64,000 nucleotides of DNA from Eledone cirrhosa (lineage: Eukaryota), in assembly GCA_964016885.1 (NCBI GenBank), contig OZ024754.1:18166001-18230000 (forward strand), given 5' to 3'. The notes beneath the pieces were generated by a model. It saw only the letters and a list, made by a program, of their open reading frames with translations. It did no database searches and was not told the DNA's origin. Shown here piece by piece: positions 56,301 to 63,438 of this stretch (position 1 is its first letter; every line of letters begins with the position of its first letter). Both the position numbers and the translations under genes were made by a program.

Positions 56301-57961
56301 GGTATAGAGATGGTAGAGAGCTGGTGGTATAGAGATGGTAGAGAGCTAGTGGTATAGAGATAGCAGAGAGCTGATAGTATAGAGATAGTAGAGAGCTGTT
56401 GGTATAGAGATGGTAGAGAGCTGTTGTTATAGAGATGGTAGAGAGCTGTTGGTATAGAGATAGTAGAGAGCTGTTGGTATAGAGACAGCAGAGCTGGTAG
56501 TATAGAGATAGTAGAGAGCTGTGGGCATAGAGATGGTAGAGAGCTAGTGGTATAGAGATGGTAGAGAGCTGTTGGTATAGAGATAGCAGAGAGCTGGTAT
56601 TATAGAGATGGTACAGAGCTGTTGGTATAGAGATGGTAGAGAGCTGTTGGTATAGAGATAGCAGAGAGCTGGTAGTATAGAGACGGTAGAGAGCTGCTGG
56701 TATGGAGATGGTAGAGAGCTGTGGGTATGGAGATGGTAGAGACCTGTTGGTATAGAGATGGTAGAGAGATGGTAGAAAGCTGTTGGTGTAGAGATAGCAG
56801 AGACCTGGTAGTATAGAGATGGTAGAGAGCTGTTGGTATAGAGATGGTAGAGAGCTGTTGGTATAGAGATGGTAGAGAGCTGTTGGTATAGAGATAGCAG
56901 AGAGCTGGTAGTATAGAGATGGTAGAGAGCTGGTGGTATAGAGATGGTAGAGTGCTGTTGGTATAGAGCTGGTGGCATAGAGATGGTAGAGAGCTGTGGG
57001 TATAGAGATGGTAGAGAGCTAGTGGTATAGAGCTGTTGGTATAGAGATGGTAGAGAGCTGGTGGTATAGAGATGGTAGAGAGCTGGTGGTATAGAGATGG
57101 TAGAGAGCTGGTGGTATAGAGATGGTAGAGAGCAAGTGGTATAGAGATGGTAGAGCTGTGGGTATAGAGATGGTAGAGAGCTGTTGGTATAGAGATAGCA
57201 GAGAGCTGGTAGTATAGAGATGGTAGAGAGCTGTGGGTATAGAGATGGTAGAGAGCTAGTGGTATAGAGATGGTAGAGAGCTGTGGGTATAGAGATGGTA
57301 GAGAGCTGTTGGTATAGAGATAGCAGAGAGCTGATAGTATAGAGATGGTAGAGAGCTGTTGTTATAGAGATGGTAGAGAGCTGTTGGTATAGAGATGGTA
57401 GAGAGCTGTTGGTATAGAGATAGCAGAGAGCTGGTAGAGAGCTGCTGGTATAGAGATGGTAGAGAGCTGTGGGTATAGAGATGGTAGAGAGCTGTTGGTA
57501 TAGAGATAGCAGAGAGCTGGTAGTATAGAGATTGTAGAGAGCTGTTGGTATAGAGATTGTAGAGAGCTGTTGGTATAGAGATGGTAGAGAGCTGTTGGTA
57601 TAGAGATGGTAGAGAGCTGGTGGTATAGAGATGGTATAGAGTTGGTAGAGACCTGTTGGTATAGAGATGTGGGTATAGAGATGGTAGAGAGCTGTTGGTA
57701 TAGAGATGGTAGAGAACTGTTGGTATAGAGCTGGTAGAGACCTGTTGGTATAGAGATGGTAGAGAGCTGTTGGTATAGAGATGGTAGAGAGCTGGTGGTA
57801 TAGAGATGGTAAAGAGCTGTTGGTATAGAGATGGTAGAGAGCTGTTGGTATAGAGATGGTAGAGAGCTGTTGGTATAGAAATGGTAGAGAGCAGGTCTTA
57901 TAGATGAGGTAGTTGAAGGTAGTTTCCTCCGAGGAAATTCCTTTTCTATTCTGTCCAACAG

Positions 57962-58016
57962 GGCCCCCGTTTGCTTATAATAGAGAGAGATGCATAGAGC
58001 GAGAGAGACGGACACA
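57962..58016 (+). other. Candidate 55-bp spliceosomal exon of an unidentified gene
   Basis: Pyrimidine tract ttccttttctattctgtccaacAG|G upstream and donor CA|GTGAGT downstream. One frame is open (xG-PPFAYNRERCIERERRT). No homology recognised. Confidence 0.35.
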
Positions 58017-58074
58017 GTGAGTGAAAGAGGGAGAACATCAACACTTATTAATTTATATTTACTGTACATCTACT

Positions 58075-58197
58075 TAACAATGGTTCTTACATAAAGTTAT
58101 TATGGGAGTTTCTAGATACATATGAACACTTAAAAATAAAGAGTTTAGTAGCACAGAACCATTGTGGTTCCAACCAGTTTCGTATCAAAAGGATTAA
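58075..58197 (+). mobile_element. Degraded 3' part of a TTAA-ended MITE-like dispersed repeat
   Basis: Ends in gtatcaaaaggattaa, resembling a ...AAAGGGTTAA terminus. Loosely similar to 61437-61490. The family assignment comes from memory of octopus repeats. Confidence 0.35.
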
Positions 58198-58504
58198 GTT
58201 TTAAAGTATATAGATTTGGAGCAATATGAATGAAAACTTAATTAGCAAGAAATAATCAGGAAACTATAGATTTTCTTTTTCATGATTTAGGTTTTCTACA
58301 CAGCATTACTGCCAAACTATGCTTGTCAGGAGAATAAAAACAGTTACTTCGCACATAAGTACAATACTATAGCTTTACAAAATAGAGAAGAAGTGAGATT
58401 ATATGTTCATGTTTTTCTTAACATCATTAGCAATATCAATGAAGTTGAATAAGTAGAAACAGAAACTGGGATGTGAAGTCTGTTTGTCAGGAGAATATAA
58501 ATGA

Positions 58505-58552
58505 TGTGTGTGTGTGTGTGTGTGTGTATGTGTGTGTGTGTGTGTGTGTGTG
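58505..58552 (+). repeat. (TG)n microsatellite, about 24 units with one TA interruption
   Basis: Directly visible. Confidence 0.97.
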
Positions 58553-58729
58553 AGCGCGTGTGCACCGTAATAATCAACAAATGGTGATAGAGCCGTCTAT
58601 CGGGAGAGGAGTTATATATTAACATAATGATGATATTTCAAAACATTATACTGGTTACCGGCAAGTTTCATACTTGAACAGATCATTTTAATTGAGATGA
58701 TATATTTTTTTATCCGTTCAGTATTCATA

Positions 58730-58765
58730 TTATATCGACCATGTAAGGATGAAAGGCAAATATGA
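58730..58765 (-). mobile_element. Short SINE central-domain fragment
   Basis: tatcgaccatgtaaggatgaaaggcaaa matches tatcgaccccgtaaggatgaaaggcaaa at 59821. Confidence 0.6.
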
Positions 58766-58784
58766 TTTAATCCATTCCCCACCA

Positions 58785-58832
58785 TCCCAATCATAATCTT
58801 ATTTACATTTTTCCATGTTAGCATGGGTTGGA
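58785..58832 (-). mobile_element. 3'-tail remnant of a LINE/SINE (RTE-type tail)
   Basis: ccatgttagcatgggtt is the reverse complement (15/17) of aacccatgctagcgtgg at 59058. Confidence 0.45.
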
Positions 58833-59056
58833 TAGGTCATTACTCATGTAAACAGTCTATCTTTGTATAGTGAAAATGCAAAGAAGAAATCTAATTTAGT
58901 AAGTGTAAAACAGATATTTCTAGAAAAAGTGGTGCCTTTTCAAAGTGTTGTTTACTAACAAGATTGAGAACATAGATTTGAAATGTATGATGAGGTTGAG
59001 ATCTGACAACATGCATGTGGAAAAAGACAAAGAATTTTTAAAAAAATATAATCTCT

Positions 59057-59116
59057 AAACCCATGCTAGCGTGGAAGATAGACGTTAAACGATGATGATG
59101 ATGATGATGATGATGA
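59057..59116 (+). mobile_element. 5'-truncated retroposon 3' end with (GAT)8 tail
   Basis: aacccatgctagcgtggaagatagacgttaaac is followed by (GAT)8 at 59091-59114. Short-tandem-repeat tails are typical of RTE-clade LINEs and their SINEs. The motif is recalled from octopus repeats. Confidence 0.65.
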
Positions 59117-59387
59117 ATTTCAAACAAGTTTGAATTGAAATAGGGGGAAAAATTCAAACGTTTTTGACTAAAAGAATAAAAGATCAGTTGTTTTGCACTA
59201 CAAGAATCAAATTTTTACATTAAAGTTGTACATGTAAATTATTTTACTGACACTTAGTAGTTCAGAATAGCCTTTTTATATTTATAATTCAATTTGAATG
59301 GAAATACTTAGACATAAAAACTATAAAGACTAAATAAGACATTTTTTTTTTCTGTTTACTGCAAGTTAAACCTCTAAGTAAATGAAC

Positions 59388-59460
59388 TCATCATCATCAT
59401 CACTGTCATCATTATTGCCACCACCATCACCATCACCATCAACATCATCATCAACAACAT
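59388..59460 (+). repeat. Degenerate (CAT/CAC/CAA)n trinucleotide low-complexity tract
   Basis: Directly visible. It explains the Asp/Gly-rich minus-strand ORF 59366-59554. Confidence 0.85.
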
Positions 59461-59603
59461 TTAACTGCTGTAGCAAATGGTCACAGTCCTCTTCTTCTTC
59501 CACCAGATAGAATTTGAGCTTAGAATACAAAATGTCAGAACAAATATCTGACATTCTAACAATTTCCCCAATCCACCATCACCATTATGAAGGGGGTGAG
59601 GGT

Positions 59604-59736
59604 TTACTTTATTTTATCAACCCCGAAAGAATGTGGAATGTAAAGCTGACCATGTCAGGATTGGAACCCAGTGTATAGGGAGTCATAACAAATATTATGA
59701 GACATTTTATCTAATATTGTAACCACTCTGCCAATT
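59604..59736 (-). mobile_element. Old, diverged tRNA-derived SINE copy
   Basis: ttttatcaaccccgaaaga...ggattggaaccca...ctctgccaatt is colinear with the two better copies downstream. Confidence 0.6.
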
Positions 59737-59761
59737 ATGAAAAAATCCCTAAGAAAATAAT

Positions 59762-59949
59762 TGTTTCTACATTTGGCACAAGGCCAGCAATTATCCCAGT
59801 GTATTACTGGTGTTTTATTTTATCGACCCCGTAAGGATGAAAGGCAAAGTTAACCTCGGCGGGATTTGAACTCAAACCATAAAGGGACGTAACTCTTTGC
59901 TGCAAAGCATGGCGTCCGACCCTCTAACAATACTGCCAATCCACTGCCC
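59762..59949 (-). mobile_element. tRNA-derived SINE (internal deletion in the 3' part)
   Basis: On the minus strand: A-box-like TGGCAGTATTG, B-box GAGTTCAAATCCC (59873-59861), and central GCCTTTCATCCTTACGGGGTCGATAAAAT domain (Meta/MESC-like from memory). Flanked by 15-bp direct repeats. Confidence 0.8.
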
Positions 59950-59961
59950 TAAGAAAATAAT

Positions 59962-60174
59962 GGCTTCTGATTTAGGCACAAAGCCAGCAATTTTGGGGGT
60001 AGGGGGAAATCCATTAAATCAACCCTAGTGTGTGACTGGTACTTTATCAACCCCGAAAGGATGAAAGGCAAAGTAGATCTTGGTAGGATTTGAACACAGA
60101 ACATAAAAGGCCATAACTCTATGCCACGAAGCATATTGTTCAAAGCTCCACCGATTACTGCCAATCCACCACCC
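59962..60174 (-). mobile_element. tRNA-derived SINE, near full length
   Basis: On the minus strand: B-box GTGTTCAAATCC (60097-60086) and GCCTTTCATCCTTTCGGGGTTGATAAAGTACCAG core. Colinear with the neighbouring copy. Confidence 0.82.
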
Positions 60175-60792
60175 TAAGAAAATAATTTAACTTCTAAAGC
60201 AGTTCTGACAAGAAACCAGCTTAACCTAAAAGTAGATTAATTACATAAATAACAAAAAGATTATTATTTCAAAATATGATTATGTCCTTTTTTTTCATTT
60301 CTAGCCCAAATCATAGATAACAGTTTCTCAGTAGTAAAAATGGTTAGATATTTGTTGAAGTTAGATAATATATATGTAAGACTGCACAACTAATTGCTTG
60401 AAATAAGCAGGTTCTTCTTGAAAACTGCCTAAGGAGAAAAAACTGCTGCCATTTAAGTGATTCTCAAGCAAATCTTAGACTAATGGAAATTGTAAGAAGA
60501 AGAAGAAAAATAAATTGAAGAATGCCTTAGATTTCCTATCCTAAGTAACAAATGTACTAAGTTACTCTTTGCTTCTTATATTTCCATAAAAACTAGACCA
60601 CAACAAAGATATGTTGTGCACTCAATATTGGCAATTGATCTATTTTCAATGCTGGTGTCTATTGGACAGGTTGTCACTGTCTGAGGGTAATAGGGTCAAA
60701 GAGATCACATCTTGCTCATATGTTCCACATTCTGGCATATTTTCTACAACTGAATGACCTTCTTAGTCCCAACTACTTTAGAGATTGTAATG

Positions 60793-61012
60793 AGTGCATT
60801 TTATTGTGGCGCCATCTCTAGCACTGTACAGAATATACTGGGTACATTTTATCATAGCACCAACACTCCCATTTTACAAAGTGTACTGGGCACATTTTAT
60901 CATGGCACCAACACTCCCATTTAACAGAGTATACTGGGTGCATTTTATCATGGTACTAGTACTACTACTTTATTGAATGTACTGGGTGCATTTTCTCATT
61001 GCACCAGCACTA
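60793..61012. repeat. Diverged 48-bp minisatellite, about 4.5 copies
   Basis: ACTGGG anchors at 60837, 60885, 60933 and 60981 give an exact 48-bp spacing. Confidence 0.88.
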
Positions 61013-61269
61013 GAGACGTTTATCATAAACCCAGCAAGACTGAAGAGTTCTCTCCACCCTATATTAACTTCTTAAAACAGGCTCAATCAAAATTTATTTT
61101 TTGCCATCAGCTAATAAAATCTACCTTCTGGCAATTTATCCTTTGTAAAAAATTAACTCCAAATGCAATATGTTACCTACTAAAAAATAAAAATTCTTTT
61201 TAATGATAAAATTACTTAGAAACAAAGAAAAAAATAAATAATATTAAAAAAAAAAAATGTTGTAACTGT

Positions 61270-61490
61270 GTCAGTATATTTTGTAATCATATCTCTAATG
61301 TGTTCTAATTTAAATTAATTTTAGAAATTATCAGGAATTTGGAAGGGTTTGATAAAATAATTTCTCCATTATTGTTTGGAACATAACTTAGCAGCATATT
61401 CTTAGGTGAAATTTTTTAAAAGAATTTAAAAGAAAATACTTCAAAATGGAGTTTTGTATTAAAGAATCAGTGGGCAGTCACTGGACAGTA
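61270..61490 (+). mobile_element. Degraded AT-rich MITE-like element whose 3' end runs into the 37-bp minisatellite
   Basis: Motifs aattaattttagaaat, gtttggaacataa and cttcaaaatggagttttgtatt resemble a remembered octopus TTAACCCTT...AAGGGTTAA element. Not verified. Confidence 0.4.
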
Positions 61491-62701
61491 TTGAATTAAA
61501 GAATCAGAGGGCAGTCTCTGGACAGTATTGTATTAAAGAATCAGTGAGCAGTCTCTGGACGGTATTGTATTAAAGAATCAGAGGGCAGTCTCTGGACAGT
61601 ATTGTATTAAAGAATCAGAGGGCAGTCTCTGGACAGTATTGTATTAAAGAATCAGTGGGCAGTCTCTGGACGGTATTGTATTAAAGAATCAGAAGGCAGT
61701 CTCTGGACAGTATTGTATTAAAGAAACAGAGGGCAGTCTCTGGACGGTATTGTATTAAAGAATCAGAAGGCAGTCTCTGGACAGTATTGTATTAAAGAAA
61801 CAGAGGGAAGTCTCTGGACAGTATTGTATTAAATAATCAGAGGGCAGACTCTGGACAGTATTGTATTAAAGAATCAGAGAGCAGACTCTGGACAGTATTG
61901 TATTAAAGAATCAGTGGGCAGTCTCTGGACAGTATTGTATTAAAGAATCAGAGGGCAGTCTCTGGACAGTATTGTATTAAAGAATCAGAGGGCAGTCTCT
62001 GGACAGTATTGTATTAAAGAATCAGTGGGCAGTCTCTGGACGGTATTGTATTAAAGAATCAGAAGGCAGTCTCTGGACAGTATTGTATTAAAGAAACAGA
62101 GGGCAGTCTCTGGACAGTATTGTATTAAAGAATCAGTGGGCAGTCTCTGGACGGTATTGTATTAAAGAATCAGAGGGCAGTCTCTGGACAGTATTGTATT
62201 AAAGAATCAGTGGGCAGTCTCTGGATGGTATTGTATTAAAGAATCAGTGGGCAGTCTCTGGACGGTATTGTATTAAAGAATCAGAGGGCAGTCTTTGGAC
62301 GGTATTGTATTAAAGAATCAGTGGGCAGTCTCTGGACAGTATTGTATTAAAGAATCAGTGGGCAGTCTCTGGACAGTATTGTATTAAAGAATCAGAGGGC
62401 AGTCTCTGGACAGTATTGTATTAAAGAATCAGTGGGCAGTCTCTGGACAGTATTGTATTAAAGCATCAGTGGGCAGTCTCTGGACAGTATTGTATTAAAG
62501 AATCAGTGGGCAGTCTCTGGACAGTATTGTATTAAAGAATCAGTGGGCAGTCTCTGGACAGTATTGTATTAAAGAATCAGAGGGCAGTCTCTGGACAGTA
62601 TTGCATTGAAGATACACAGGGCAGTCTCTGGGCAGTATTGTATTGAAGAATCAGAGGGCAGTCTCTGGACAGTATTGTATTAAATAATCAGAGGGCAGTC
62701 T
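61454..62701 (+). repeat. 37-bp minisatellite, about 33.7 copies, consensus TTGTATTAAAGAATCAGWGGGCAGTCTCTGGACAGTA
   Basis: AAAGAATCAG at 61461, 61498 and onward. Highly homogeneous with no spacers. Truncated mid-unit at 62701. Confidence 0.97.
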
Positions 62702-63057
62702 TGTAGCAGTAATATATATCCTTTGTAATTAAACCTATTTTGCTTCGGCGGAAGAAAAATGTTACGGAAGTAAATTGGCTGAAGTGTGAGCCAATCAAAA
62801 CCTTCGGCATAGCGATACAAGTAACTGGACTACTTAGACCAGAGAACGGAAGCTAAGACAGAAGACCAGTCTCCAGAAAAATCTGCTATCGTCAAAACGT
62901 TGATTCTTCGATACGCCATATCCTGTCGTATCTCACACATGGAAATACAGGCAAAATGAGTTTCACAGTGTGAAGCAAGAATAAATGAAGTACATACTTG
63001 TAATGGAGTTTGTCTATTTAATGCCTTCTGATCTAACGACTTACATTCTTCATTATA
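62702..63057 (+). mobile_element. Putative 5' LTR (about 356 bp) of a Ty3/Gypsy retrotransposon
   Basis: Starts TGTAG exactly where the minisatellite breaks and ends TTATA (decayed TTACA) 2 nt before TGG. CCAAT at 62791 and AATAAA at 62980. Lies upstream of gag. The second LTR is outside the window. Confidence 0.65.
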
Positions 63058-63059
63058 AA

Positions 63060-63077
63060 TGGTGATCTGCGACTTGA
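63060..63077 (+). promoter_or_regulatory. Degenerate primer-binding site (tRNA-Trp-like)
   Basis: TGGTGATCTGCGAC compared with the canonical Trp PBS TGGTGACCCCGAC. Located directly after the putative LTR end. Confidence 0.5.
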
Positions 63078-63438
63078 ACGAACACGCAACAAATAATATT
63101 CGCAAACCGACAAGAAACAAACAAGAATTTTTGTACAACAAATATAAAAGAAAGAAAGAACGCTGTCACAAAGAAGAAAAAAACTGAACGTTTTGTTGTT
63201 TAGAACAATTATTTCATTATCATTATATTATTATATCATTTGCCTGCATGCACAAACACATTTTGCATCGACATGTATTACATCGAAATGCATTATTAAC
63301 AAAAAAAAAAAAAATTATCAGTAAATTATTCCATGTACAAATCGTGCGTTATAATTTTTTTTTTTCGCACTGTGTCTCAAAATTTGGCCTGCATTTTCCT
63401 GTTATTTTCTATTGCTTACGGGTATACCATAATTCACA

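Larger units (their letters stand above)
1..57915 (+). repeat. Large tandem satellite array, 25-bp consensus GGTATAGAGATGGTAGAGAGCTGTT (11+11+3), about 2,300 units
   Basis: The unit is read directly throughout. The triplet varies (GTT/GGT/AGT/GTG/ATT/GCT), and single 11- or 14-bp subunits are often lost or gained. The array degrades at ~57,890-57,920 into unique sequence. Confidence 0.98.

Noticed and set aside
979-56978. Dozens of long minus-strand ORFs (up to 656 aa) as genes
   Set aside because: They are translations of the 25-bp satellite. The same peptide appears in all frames, 11/14-bp indels are tolerated, and starts and stops come from random variants.
1-57915. Telomeric repeat or canonical G-quadruplex array
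   Set aside because: There is no TTAGGG-type unit and G runs are mostly only 2 long.
58077-58170. 11-bp inverted repeat ACAATGGTTCT/AGAACCATTGT and a small hairpin
   Set aside because: It is short, has no TSD, and has no other support as an element boundary.
58407-58824. Minus-strand ORFs of 72 and 70 aa
   Set aside because: One translates the (TG)n microsatellite (HT repeats); the other crosses SINE fragments in AT-rich DNA.
59366-59554. Acidic 62-aa ORF
   Set aside because: It is explained by the (CAT)n tract and probable SINE remnants.
59762-60174. tRNA genes or the 71-aa ORF at 59949-60164
   Set aside because: The A/B boxes belong to SINE heads, no cloverleaf is evident, and the ORF lies inside a SINE.
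60411-60491. Possible 81-bp phase-0 exon (AG|VLLENCLRRKNCCHLSDSQANLRLMEI|GTAAGA)
   Set aside because: The acceptor lacks a pyrimidine tract and no homology is recognised. Such signals are expected by chance in AT-rich DNA.
61454-62701. CRISPR array (37-bp repeats)
   Set aside because: The repeats abut with no unique spacers, there are no cas genes, and the context is eukaryotic.
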